Shown: positions 19,463 to 28,547, counted from the stretch's first letter. The stretch is 64,000 nucleotides of DNA from Terriglobia bacterium (GCA_050745365.1 JBOGJS010000130.1:4857-68856); one strand, 5' to 3'. Notes: a model not told the origin generated them from the letters alone. A program made the numbers and translations.

Positions 19463-22400
19463 ATGGACAATTCTGTTATCCGTGAAAAGAAGACGAACCC
19501 GAATGCATCTGTGAAAGCTTTGTCCTTCCTGCGACGCGTCTTCTCCTCCCCCGCCCGGGCGGAACCTCAGCACAGCCCGTTATTTCCTACTCAGTTCCGG
19601 AAGAGCTGGCCCCACGTTGTCCCTTTCCGCATTGTTTTTGATGAATACCTCCACCGGCGGCCGGCCGAGCTCAAATTGGCCGTTGAACAATTTATCCCGA
19701 ACGGCTCGGGTTCGGGCTCGGCGATTGAAAAGCTCAAAAGGCAAATTAAGGCGTCTGAGGATGCCTACAAAGCCCTCCAGATTGCGAAGGACCAGGCTCG
19801 AGACTTTGCGGATGAGGAGCGAAGTTGCCACGAAGCCGACGTTCCTCTTAAGAAGATCATCCACGCGCTCGAAGGCTCGGCCCTTTGCCTTTCGGGCGGA
19901 GGCATAAGGAGCGCAGGATTTTGCCTGGGAGTGCTCGAAGGGCTAGCCCGCTTCAGCCGCAGGACGGGCGCGAACGCGGCCAACGCCCTTTTGGACAATC
20001 TCGATTATCTGTCAACCGTCTCGGGCGGGGGGTATATCGGAAGCTGGCTAATGGCTTGGGTGAGCAGGGTCGATGATGCAGGGCGGCGGAATCCGTCCGC
20101 GGGAGCCATCGGCCCAGCCGCCAACCCCGAGCTTCCGTCCGTTCACAATCAGGCTCAGAAACGCAACCGGTTCACGAATGCTGTCGACGCACTTGCCGGC
20201 AACGCCGATGTTCCTTCCGGTGACCCTGAGCCACAACCCGTTCGACACCTGAGGGATTACACCTCGTTTCTCGCTCCCAAGCTGGGCCTCACGCTTGACT
20301 CGTTCACGCTGGCCGCAATTGTAGGGCGGAATTTGTTCGTGACGTGGGTCATGCTGCTCCCGGTCTTTGCGGCTTTATTGGCTCTGCCTCTGTTTTCCTA
20401 CGACCTTGTCTCCTCACTGGCCAATTGGGGATTTCCTATAGCACCTGTTCTTCTCATCGCAGGCGAAATCAGCCTCCTGGCTTGCGCTATGTTTGCCGGA
20501 GTCTGCCGGCCGCTGGGCGACGAGGCAGACCGAGTGCCGCCTGAATTGCGAAAAGATCATTTGACGCTCGCTTTATTAGCAGCCGGAATATTCCTGATTT
20601 CTGAGTCGTGGTTGGTGGAAGAGTTGAAGAGCGAATGGCAGTACCGTTTTGAGCTCGCCAGCAAACCAGGCGTCATCGTGATCGCTTTTGCCTTAATTAG
20701 CTTCACCGTAGTAGCACGGTCTATTTGGCGACGGTATTGTGATGACCCCGAGGCATCCAGCACGACAAAGAAGTATTCCGTGTGGCGGAGATTGGGCCAG
20801 CTTGCGATGTTTGTTGTTGCAACGGCTGCGGTAGCGGGCGCCACGGTAGGGCTCCTCTGGCTGTCGGCTTACTGGCTTCGCAGGCTCGGCGACGCCCACG
20901 GTCGCGGTGATTACCGGCTTGTCCTGATCCTCGCGGCGCCGGCTGTTGGCGCAATTCTGATGTTCGGCTCCTCCCTGCTTTCGGGGCTGCTGGGTGATTA
21001 CGAACAGGAAGAGGCTCGCGAGTGGTGGGCCCGCGCCGGCGGCTTCATCTTCATGTTGGTGGCGGGGTGGGTTGCTGCACATGGCGCCGTTCTCTATGCG
21101 CCGAGTGGCTGGGCGCGCGGTTTAAGCTTTGCAGGCGCGCCCCTAGGGGTTCTGACGAGCTTGCTGGGATGGAGCCAGGCCACGGCGGCGGGAACCGGAA
21201 CGGCGAAAACGGGACAGCTCGGCGCGTTGGGCAAGTTTCTCTTGAAACACAATTTACTCGTGCCGCTGGCAAGTGCGGCAGCCCTGGCGTTTATATTCTT
21301 AGGCCTTGCCAGGCTTGAACAGTGGCTCGTGCATTGGAGTATCCCGCGAGAGATAGCACCACGCGAGCTCCTCACGACCGGCGCGGTGATCGCCGTGTGC
21401 GCCCTAGTCGCGTGCCTGGCAAATTGGGCGATCGATATCAATACCTTTTCGTTACATGGCATGTATCGGATGCGGCTGGCGAGAGCGTTCCTCGGCGCGT
21501 CGAATCTGGAGCGAAGGCCTGATCCGTTCACCCACTTCGATCCGGAGGATAGCCGCCTGCACGAAAAGGATTTGCCGTACGAGCGAGGCGTGCCCTTGCA
21601 CGTGATCAATACAACCCTCAACCTCGTAGCGACCAAGAATCTTGCCTGGCGGCAACGCAAAGCCGAGCCTTTTAGCTTCAGCCCCCTGCACTGCGGAAGC
21701 TGGCGGCGCGGGTACGCCTCGACGAAGATCTACGCGGGGCAACAAGGCGTAACCCTGGCGACGGCAATGGCGATTAGCGGAGCCGCATTTAACCCGAACA
21801 TGGGTTACCATTCATCTCCGCTCGTGACGTTGCTCATGACAATATTTAACGCGCGGCTCGGGTGGTGGGTGCCGAACCCGGGGCGCGCTGGCACAGATGG
21901 TAATCTAACTCCCGCAGGACGCCGGTTCCTCGGTCAAAACAGTCCCTCTTTCGGTCTATGGCCGCTAATGCGCGAGGCCCTGGGATTGACGAATGATGAT
22001 GATTGCTGGGTGGAGCTCACCGATGGCGGGCATTTTGAAAATCTCGGCTTGTACGAAATGGTGATGAGGCGCTGCAGGACCATCATCGTGGTGGACGCGA
22101 CAGCAGATCCCGAGTGCCATTTCGAGGACCTTGGAAACGCCTTACGCAAAATTGAAATTGATCTCGGCATTCCGATCTCGTTTTCGGAGGGGATGCGAAT
22201 GACCAAAGGCCAGCAGCCGGCTAATCGTTACTGTGCCGTCGGTACGATCGTTTATAGCTCGGTCGATAAGGCCCCGGATGGATGGAAAGCTCCGAATGGT
22301 ACGCTGGTCTATATAAAAGCCGGGCTGAACGGCACTGAGCCTCCGGATATTCAAGCCTATTCATTCTCGCACCCTTCCTTCCCTCACGAATCCACGGCAA

Positions 22401-22615
22401 ACCAGTTCTTCAACGAATCGCAATTTGAGAGTTACCGGCACCTCGGTTCACATGCTATCGAGCAAATTGCTAACGCGTCTGGCTGGAGCTGCCGTTCGCA
22501 CGCTCAAGGAGCAAATCTCCTCACGAAGGCGGCTCAGAACTACAGTAGTGGTTCAGTTCAGCCCCGGCAGGCACCGCACAGTCGTACTCGAATCGCGAGT
22601 GCACTCATGAAATAA
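19463..22615 (+). CDS. patatin-like phospholipase interrupted by a ~10-helix membrane domain
   Basis: ATG 2 nt after the upstream stop. Oxyanion motif SGGGIRSAG (19891-19917); nucleophile motif TVSGGGY (about 20018); about ten hydrophobic helices between aa ~280-650; Asp motif LTDGGHFENLG (22019-22048). Confidence 0.8.
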   Translation: MDNSVIREKKTNPNASVKALSFLRRVFSSPARAEPQHSPLFPTQFRKSWPHVVPFRIVFDEYLHRRPAELKLAVEQFIPNGSGSGSAIEKLKRQIKASEDAYKALQIAKDQARDFADEERSCHEADVPLKKIIHALEGSALCLSGGGIRSAGFCLGVLEGLARFSRRTGANAANALLDNLDYLSTVSGGGYIGSWLMAWVSRVDDAGRRNPSAGAIGPAANPELPSVHNQAQKRNRFTNAVDALAGNADVPSGDPEPQPVRHLRDYTSFLAPKLGLTLDSFTLAAIVGRNLFVTWVMLLPVFAALLALPLFSYDLVSSLANWGFPIAPVLLIAGEISLLACAMFAGVCRPLGDEADRVPPELRKDHLTLALLAAGIFLISESWLVEELKSEWQYRFELASKPGVIVIAFALISFTVVARSIWRRYCDDPEASSTTKKYSVWRRLGQLAMFVVATAAVAGATVGLLWLSAYWLRRLGDAHGRGDYRLVLILAAPAVGAILMFGSSLLSGLLGDYEQEEAREWWARAGGFIFMLVAGWVAAHGAVLYAPSGWARGLSFAGAPLGVLTSLLGWSQATAAGTGTAKTGQLGALGKFLLKHNLLVPLASAAALAFIFLGLARLEQWLVHWSIPREIAPRELLTTGAVIAVCALVACLANWAIDINTFSLHGMYRMRLARAFLGASNLERRPDPFTHFDPEDSRLHEKDLPYERGVPLHVINTTLNLVATKNLAWRQRKAEPFSFSPLHCGSWRRGYASTKIYAGQQGVTLATAMAISGAAFNPNMGYHSSPLVTLLMTIFNARLGWWVPNPGRAGTDGNLTPAGRRFLGQNSPSFGLWPLMREALGLTNDDDCWVELTDGGHFENLGLYEMVMRRCRTIIVVDATADPECHFEDLGNALRKIEIDLGIPISFSEGMRMTKGQQPANRYCAVGTIVYSSVDKAPDGWKAPNGTLVYIKAGLNGTEPPDIQAYSFSHPSFPHESTANQFFNESQFESYRHLGSHAIEQIANASGWSCRSHAQGANLLTKAAQNYSSGSVQPRQAPHSRTRIASALMK

Positions 22616-22830
22616 AACCTTTTGCCGTCGCAGAAAGCACAGGCGTGCGCTGTTACATTTGCCGTAAGATCTCAATGCTCTCCGCCGCGACGCAAAGCCC
22701 ATAGTAAACGTCATAGGGGCAGAACCGGAACTGCCCACGTTCACTTCTCCTGTGTGTTCGGTTGAGTTTTCGAGGATGCGTCAATCTAGAGATCAGGGCA
22801 GGCGCGCGGTAACAGCCAGCAAACTCTCTG

Positions 22831-23313
22831 CTACGAGAAGGGTATTTGCGCCTTCAGAGCCCTTTCGTAAGCTTCGATAACTGTGTTCAGTCCTTCGGGT
22901 GTGTCCTGCGGAGTGATCGTTATTTCCAAATGTCCAACTGTGCTTTTTGACCTTCGGAACAATCCACGGCTCGGTTTACTCGAGAAATCGAGCTGCACTT
23001 GCCCATCGGCTAGTTCCATCTCGAAATCGGCTGCCAAAGTGGCCTTCTCTATCCGCGCTGTTGTCAGTGGAATCAGCGTGATGAGCGGGACTTCGACTTT
23101 GCGAATTACAGTTTGGAGGTTCTGGTCCAGCGCAGGGTATTCCAGGGTCACCGTTTTCGGTACCAGTGCTTTCTGTTCCCTTCCATCTGTTCCTTTTTCC
23201 GTTTTCTCGGTGAAGTAGCGATCCAGGAGGCCGATGTTCTTATCCATCAGCGAATCACCAGCCTGAATGATCGCGTCCTGAATCGCGGTGATGAAAGACT
23301 TGAAACTGATCAT
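22831..23313 (-). CDS. DUF2589-like paralog 3 (160 aa)
   Basis: Shares VEVPLITLIPLTTARIEKATLAADFEMEL with the PLL.IVP....VD.V...F.ME core of the two upstream paralogs. ATGA overlap with the upstream gene. Confidence 0.6.
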   Translation of the reverse strand: MISFKSFITAIQDAIIQAGDSLMDKNIGLLDRYFTEKTEKGTDGREQKALVPKTVTLEYPALDQNLQTVIRKVEVPLITLIPLTTARIEKATLAADFEMELADGQVQLDFSSKPSRGLFRRSKSTVGHLEITITPQDTPEGLNTVIEAYERALKAQIPFS

Positions 23314-23636
23314 ACTTGATCACCTTGAGAGGCGTCTTTACACAAAATATCGAGCAGATTCAGGAGCCCTTCTGCGGGCGGCAAGTGCGCGAATCTCACC
23401 CCGTTCGCTTCTGCAAAGTCTGGTTTGAAACTGCTCCTGTGCCACAACAGTTTCTCCTGAGGAAGACTTATACGGACAAGTTTACCGTTCGTTGCCGCTC
23501 CACCTTCGGGAATTCTCTGGCTTTCAAGGGGGGGATCGATTCTGAGAAGGGTCTCGGTTCTAGCGGGTCTCAGCCAGTTCACAGCTCTTGTGAACTGGAA
23601 TTTGATTAGCCCGACAACCCGTCTGAAACTAGCCAC
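23310..23636 (-). CDS. hypothetical protein (108 aa)
   Basis: GTG start overlaps the upstream TAG (TAGTG), so it appears translationally coupled inside the operon. No recognisable motif. Confidence 0.45.
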   Translation of the reverse strand: MASFRRVVGLIKFQFTRAVNWLRPARTETLLRIDPPLESQRIPEGGAATNGKLVRISLPQEKLLWHRSSFKPDFAEANGVRFAHLPPAEGLLNLLDILCKDASQGDQV

Positions 23637-23842
23637 TAATTCTTCACCCCAAGTCGGTCTCGTTCTTCCTCAAATGCTACCAGCACCTTCTCGACGACGT
23701 CTTTGCTCTCGGCTGCGAGGCCGATTCCTGCCCCGCATCCGGGACAAGCAAACCGTATCCCCCGTAACAATTGCCTGGTGTCAAAAGGGATGCCGGTTTT
23801 GCATACCGGGCACGGAATGGTTTGGTCGTCTTGTAAGAACAT
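23636..23842 (-). CDS. small zinc-ribbon protein (68 aa)
   Basis: CPVCKTG...CPGCGAG: two CxxC pairs. Confidence 0.55.
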   Translation of the reverse strand: MFLQDDQTIPCPVCKTGIPFDTRQLLRGIRFACPGCGAGIGLAAESKDVVEKVLVAFEEERDRLGVKN

Positions 23843-23864
23843 TGCTTCTACCTACGTCGTTGTC

Positions 23865-24455
23865 TTAGAAACCGCTGGTTGTGTCGGCCGTTGTCTGAAA
23901 CTCAACGGGTTGGATGGATTTCGAGTACAGTTCCAGCACGGTGAGCAAACCAAGCGGCAACGGAAGCGGTCCCGCATTGATATTTACTTTCAGATGAGAA
24001 GACTGTTGGCTTTGTTGACCCTCCCTGACCGTTGAGGGCTTATTAGAAATTTTCCCAAGCAAAACAGCTTTATCGTCCACTACAGGGGTTATGCCTGGCA
24101 GCAAAGGTTTCTGTTCTTTTGGAGCCACCGCAGTTATTTCCATATCAAATTGGACGTTGACTTTATCGACGACAATATTGTTGATTGGGACCAGACAGAG
24201 GAGAGGGACGGAAAACGTCAGCGTATACGGTTTGATGAACCCCGCCTCCGGTGAAGAGGTTTCCGACTGAAGGAACCCTCTCGTTAGCGACATATTAATC
24301 TTGATGGGCTCGTAAATCTCGCCTTTCTTGCGGAAGCAATTCTCCAATAACGCTTTGGTCTGGCCGTTTACCATAACTACATTCGCCTTCGAAGCCGCAA
24401 CCAATGGCGCCGTTATCAGAGCCTCGATACTCAGTTGATTCTGCAATTCCTGCAT
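23865..24455 (-). CDS. DUF2589-like paralog 2 (196 aa)
   Basis: LSIEALITAPLVAASKANVVM..TKALLENCF; FSVPLLCLVPINNIVVDKVNVQFDMEI; KVNINAGPLPLPLGLLTV. Collinear with paralog 1. Confidence 0.65.
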   Translation of the reverse strand: MQELQNQLSIEALITAPLVAASKANVVMVNGQTKALLENCFRKKGEIYEPIKINMSLTRGFLQSETSSPEAGFIKPYTLTFSVPLLCLVPINNIVVDKVNVQFDMEITAVAPKEQKPLLPGITPVVDDKAVLLGKISNKPSTVREGQQSQQSSHLKVNINAGPLPLPLGLLTVLELYSKSIQPVEFQTTADTTSGF

Positions 24456-24709
24456 AGGCTCGCCTCAAAGCGCTATCCCAGCGACAGTTGACACTTTGCG
24501 CGGGATGCAAAATATTAGTACACCGTCTCCGGGTCATGAATTTTCGATCCGGTTAGGGTCGCGCCCAACGTCCAGGGGTCCCAATAAACCAGGAATCGGG
24601 TGGAGGTGCCACCTCGACTGTCCGCTAAACCCCTGGGCTCCTCCCCCCTCCATTCCACAACGCTGGTTCTCCACACCCGAACGTCCCCACTTTGCTTTTA
24701 CCTTTGCGG

Positions 24710-25408
24710 CTAAGCGGCGAGCGACGGCCGTGTCGGTATGGTTATGGGCTGGATACAGTTTGTGAACGCTTGAATGATCGTGGTAACACCTTGAGGCAGT
24801 GGAAGTTGGCCGGCATGTACATTGACCGTGTACTTGGCCGAATTGCTCTTCTCGTAATGCGTATTGTGGGTCGAAGTGTCCTTTTGATCGTAGCTGGCGG
24901 ACCCCTTGACCGTGACACTCAACGGACCCCAGCCAAGCTTTGCTTCAAAGCTAGTTTCCGCCTTAATCTGCTTCTCCTTCGACTCTGACGTGTCTTCCGA
25001 AAAAGCGGATTTTACTTCCATTTCGAATGTGATCTGGACAGTGTCAACTGCTAATGAATTCAGCGGGACGATGGTCAAGAGCGGCAGATTGAAAGTAGTC
25101 GCAATCTCCTGAATGTTAGTGAACTTGAGTTTCTCGTCCGTTGCGGTCGGATCTCCCGGGGTGAGCACGCCTCTGACGAGGGACATTTCAATCATAATTG
25201 GGGAATAGGAGTCCGCCTTTGGGGGATTGGCTTTTGGGTCGCCGAGCGTCCTTGTGAAACACGTGTCGAGCAGGAATTTAGTCTGCGTCAAGGCCATTGC
25301 AGCATTGGCATTAGCTGCCGCGTTGAGAGGTCCACCGATTAACGACTCCATCGGGAGTCCTGTGAATTGCTGAGCCATCGATACTAATTCTGGTCCTGGT
25401 TCTGGCAC
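24710..25408 (-). CDS. DUF2589-like paralog 1 (232 aa)
   Basis: LPMESLIGGPLNAAANANAAM..TKFLLDTCF; FNLPLLTIVPLNSLAVDTVQITFEMEV; TVNVHAGQLPLPQGVTTI. The motif pattern matches my recollection of DUF2589 (unverified). Confidence 0.65.
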   Translation of the reverse strand: MPEPGPELVSMAQQFTGLPMESLIGGPLNAAANANAAMALTQTKFLLDTCFTRTLGDPKANPPKADSYSPIMIEMSLVRGVLTPGDPTATDEKLKFTNIQEIATTFNLPLLTIVPLNSLAVDTVQITFEMEVKSAFSEDTSESKEKQIKAETSFEAKLGWGPLSVTVKGSASYDQKDTSTHNTHYEKSNSAKYTVNVHAGQLPLPQGVTTIIQAFTNCIQPITIPTRPSLAA

Positions 25409-25469
25409 TGTAGTCTCTCCTTGTCAAGTTGGCGTTGTTTAGGTCCGGCTTTACTCCTCGAACACAGCC

Positions 25470-25498
25470 AGTATACATATAGGTACGTCATCTTTCAA
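25470..25498 (-). promoter_or_regulatory. sigma-70-type promoter candidate of the DUF2589-like operon
   Basis: Minus strand: TTGAAA (RC of 25493-25498), 17-nt spacer, TATACT (RC of 25470-25475), about 60 nt upstream of the start at 25408, inside a conspicuously AT-rich patch (25470-25525). Confidence 0.4.
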
Positions 25499-25831
25499 TA
25501 AATATATAATAAGTTAATTGACCGATCTCCGCAACTCGCTGCCCGGCGCATGACCTTAGTCGAGAATTTTGGCGTTATGACGAATTCTGTGACCTGAAAC
25601 GCGGACTGGTTTGACCCCGTGTGTGTTCAATCAGATCGCTGTCATCTTAGGCGTCCACAGCCTTCGGCTGCGAATCTGCGGCGTGACAAGCGCAGAGTTG
25701 TCCTTTAACTCCGCGGCTTTGGTTTATGCCCGAACGAAATGCCGCAGAGTTTCTGAGCAGCGAAACTCTGCGCTCGCCGCGGGGCGTCGAGTGTCATGCA
25801 GAGCAGTGTGTAATGCGGACTTCGTGTCGGC

Positions 25832-26860
25832 TCAGGAAGCCACAGGATCGGCACGGCTGTCACGGTGCGGCGACTGTGCGCCCGTTGGAACGGTAGCGCG
25901 ATTCGCCAACCTGGGACGCAGTTCCTGAGGGTTGTTGCGGAGATACAGGAGCAAACGGCGCCTCTTTTCGGCTCCTCTTATTCCCTGGGAGGTCGGGCCG
26001 TAGGAGTCGTCGGGTAACAGGTCGGGCATCCAAAACGAAGCCTTAGAGTAAACCGATTGCCAGCATTTCTTGATGGTCGAGATCGAAAGCGTCAATAGTT
26101 TCGAAATTTCCGCGTCGGTTCGTTCTTCTTCTAAAGCGCTTTTGAGGAGGCGCTGCTCAGCAGCCGTGAGAAAAAGGCGGGGAGGCCTGTAATCGAATAA
26201 AGTGGTTAGCCAGCTTCCGGGACTTCTATGGGCAAGCTCGCGAGTTAGTCCCAAAATGAAAGGGCTGCCCTGCCGCTCAATTTCGCGCGGATCGCCCACG
26301 GAACTGTAATTCCCGCTTCGATGATGTGCAAGCCAGCCCCCAACCTGAACTGCCGCATTGAGGACGCGACCGAAAGGATGTTGACCTATTACTTCCTTGA
26401 TGTTGAATCCGGCATGGTATTCGAAAAACGCCTTGGTCAATTCTGTAGTGACGGGAAGAAAATCAGTTGAGTTGACCGGCCGAACGTCCACTTCCCACAC
26501 GAATAGATTCAGACCGTCTCCGGAATTTGCGGCGCGTATTTCATCCAAATCGAGAATCGGTGTGTCCTTGGTGAAGGCGCGGCGGACCAACTCCGGTCCA
26601 ATCCAGAACAATGGAGGGACTTTGGCTTGCCGAACGAATTCATCCCTGAGGAATACGCTTACGCCAAAGGCCAGACAGGGGCTGTGGGCGCCACCATCCA
26701 GGTTTTCAACCACCGCAGAAAGGAGTGAATCTTCATAAAGCAAAGCTGCCCAGATTTCTGGAAGCCGCTGGAAGACACTTCCATACCGGCCACGAACCGT
26801 GGAGATTTCCAGGCAGGCTCTAAAATCGTTCGGAGTCGATGGTCGGTGGCGCAGCCGCAT
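25832..26860 (-). CDS. LuxR-family HTH transcriptional regulator with uncharacterised N-terminal domain
   Basis: C-terminal LTAAEQRLLKSALEEERTDAEISKLLTLSISTIKKCWQSVYSK (LuxR/GerE-type HTH). The ~230-aa N-terminal domain has no motif I recognise. Confidence 0.7.
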   Translation of the reverse strand: MRLRHRPSTPNDFRACLEISTVRGRYGSVFQRLPEIWAALLYEDSLLSAVVENLDGGAHSPCLAFGVSVFLRDEFVRQAKVPPLFWIGPELVRRAFTKDTPILDLDEIRAANSGDGLNLFVWEVDVRPVNSTDFLPVTTELTKAFFEYHAGFNIKEVIGQHPFGRVLNAAVQVGGWLAHHRSGNYSSVGDPREIERQGSPFILGLTRELAHRSPGSWLTTLFDYRPPRLFLTAAEQRLLKSALEEERTDAEISKLLTLSISTIKKCWQSVYSKASFWMPDLLPDDSYGPTSQGIRGAEKRRRLLLYLRNNPQELRPRLANRATVPTGAQSPHRDSRADPVAS

Positions 26861-27019
26861 AGTCTTCGCTCCTGCTGATACTGACTTCTTGGTTAACTGG
26901 CTTTTTAGGGCGTATCTTTTTTCCTGAGATGATAATAGATTCCCGATCTACAGTCAAATTCGCATACCGAAGGTCAGAGGCGGCATCGAGCGCTCGCGGG
27001 ACGATTGGAGGCAGGCGCC

Positions 27020-28069
27020 ATGGAGTACGACGAATCAGATAACGAGCTCTACCGGATTTTTTCGGAAGTTGGTTTCGTTGCTTGTTCCGATCGAATGTTG
27101 GGCGTGTTGCGCCAAGCGAGCAAGGCGGCGCGGCTTAGCGACATCACTGTGCTGATTGAGGGCGAGACGGGCACGGGAAAGCAGGTGCTGGCCCGGGCGA
27201 TCCAGGAGTTGGATCAAAAGCGGCGGTCGTATCCGTTCATCACGGCGCATTGCAGCACCATCAACGAGACCTTGGCGGAAAGCGAATTGTTTGGGCATGA
27301 ACGCGGCGCATTTTCAGGCGCTGTGAGCTCTCGAAAGGGCCTGTTTCAGGCGGCGCAGAACGGCACTCTACTTCTGGATGACGTGAATGACCTTCCGCTC
27401 GCTCTCCAGGCAAAATTGCTGGATGTGCTACAGAGGAGTGTCGTTCGCCCGGTAGGATCCGACCGGGAAGTGCCCATCGACGTGCGGATCATTGCAGCCT
27501 CAAACCGACCACTCGCGCAACTGGTTCGGCAGAACGGTTTTCGAGCCGATCTGTACTACCGCCTCAAAGTGGTCCATCTGGTTCTGCCGCCGCTCCGAGA
27601 GCGTACTGCAGAACTCCGCAGGCTTATCCTGGAGTTTGCCCGTCGCCATGAACGTGTTTACCCAGGGATTATGGAGGTGGAATCTGACTTGACTTCTTAC
27701 CTTGCCTCACAGAATTTTGAAGGCAATGTCCGGGAGTTGGAGCACGACGTCCAGCGAGTCTTATTTTGCAAGAAGGAGGGAGCGTCGCTGCGATTAAGTG
27801 ACTGGATGGCCCAACGTCAGGACGACGATAAGGAGGTAGGGCTTGGTTCGGTGCGCGACGCCGCCCGAATCCTCTGGAGAGCTGTCTCAACTGAGGGGCT
27901 ACCCTTTGCACACGTGTTGCGACTTACGGAAAAGCACTTGCTGGAAATTGCCCTATCGAACAATCCGCGAGGGCGGAGGGAGCTCTCGAAACACTTAAAG
28001 ACCAGCGAACGCACGCTCTACCATAAACTCCAATCCCACGGTCTGACCCGCCAGATAAACACCCGATGA
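27020..28069 (+). CDS. sigma-54-dependent enhancer-binding protein lacking a sensory/receiver domain
   Basis: ATG 27020 with GGAGG 8 nt upstream. AAA+ core starts about 25 aa in: Walker A GETGTGKQVLA, ESELFGHERGAFSGA (GAFTGA-loop variant GAFSGA, 27305-27322), Walker B LLLDDV, RADLYYRL. C-terminal Fis-like HTH (SERTLYHKL). Confidence 0.85.
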   Translation: MEYDESDNELYRIFSEVGFVACSDRMLGVLRQASKAARLSDITVLIEGETGTGKQVLARAIQELDQKRRSYPFITAHCSTINETLAESELFGHERGAFSGAVSSRKGLFQAAQNGTLLLDDVNDLPLALQAKLLDVLQRSVVRPVGSDREVPIDVRIIAASNRPLAQLVRQNGFRADLYYRLKVVHLVLPPLRERTAELRRLILEFARRHERVYPGIMEVESDLTSYLASQNFEGNVRELEHDVQRVLFCKKEGASLRLSDWMAQRQDDDKEVGLGSVRDAARILWRAVSTEGLPFAHVLRLTEKHLLEIALSNNPRGRRELSKHLKTSERTLYHKLQSHGLTRQINTR

Positions 28070-28120
28070 ACGTCTCACCACGGTGGTGTCCGCGAATTGG
28101 GTACACAACCTTGTTCTGAT

Positions 28121-28206
28121 GGGTGGCGCAGACATCGCGCGCATTGCGATGTCTGCGATCCTTGAAAATCGCAGACATGCCAAAAGCCGGCATGTCTGCG
28201 CCACCC
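28121..28206. promoter_or_regulatory. tandem palindromic operator / complex hairpin: two copies of CGCAGACAT-N13-ATGTCTGCG
   Basis: Half-sites at 28127-28135, 28149-28157, 28170-28178 and 28192-28200. Both spacers are exactly 13 nt; the two centres are 43 bp apart. Outer arms extend to a perfect 15-bp inverted repeat (28121-28135 / 28192-28206). Confidence 0.6.
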
Positions 28207-28532
28207 GGATTATCTGTATACCTATTTCGTGAACACTTCACTAGCTCTCTGCCCTTCCGCCAGACGTTGCAGAACAAGCCGCCAGTCCCCGCAGTCGAAC
28301 GCGCGGCGGGCCGGATTCACTCGAAATCAGAGCGACGGATCCACCGTGGCGCGCATACCTCTATCGCTCACCTCCCTTTTTCGCTGCCAATTATTGCAGC
28401 AACTATTGCATTGAAGTCGATTGCCTTTGGCCTTCCGTTTCCATCCGGCGCCGCGTGTCGCGAGCGCAGTCCATTGATTCCAAAGAGCCTCTCCAAATTC
28501 TCCAGAGAACTCGAGTCACTGCCGTTAGCAAA

Positions 28533-28547
28533 TGGCCTCTGCCGTGC
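28533..28547 (+). promoter_or_regulatory. weak sigma-54 -24/-12 candidate upstream of the eCIS operon
   Basis: TGGCCT-CTGCC-GTGC versus consensus TGGCAC-N5-TTGC. GG and GC are at the correct 12-nt register; three mismatches. Confidence 0.2.

Noticed and set aside
25531-25545. Possible minus-strand sigma-54 site upstream of the DUF2589-like operon (CGGGCA-N5-TTGC)
   Set aside because: Only the GG/GC register fits. The -24 hexamer matches the consensus in 2 of 6 positions, and a much better sigma-70-type promoter lies closer to the start codon.
28121-28206. CRISPR-like appearance of four evenly spaced 9-mers
   Set aside because: The repeats alternate in orientation, are only 9 nt long and have 10-13-nt spacers. 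No cas genes are present. This is a palindromic operator or hairpin, not a CRISPR array.
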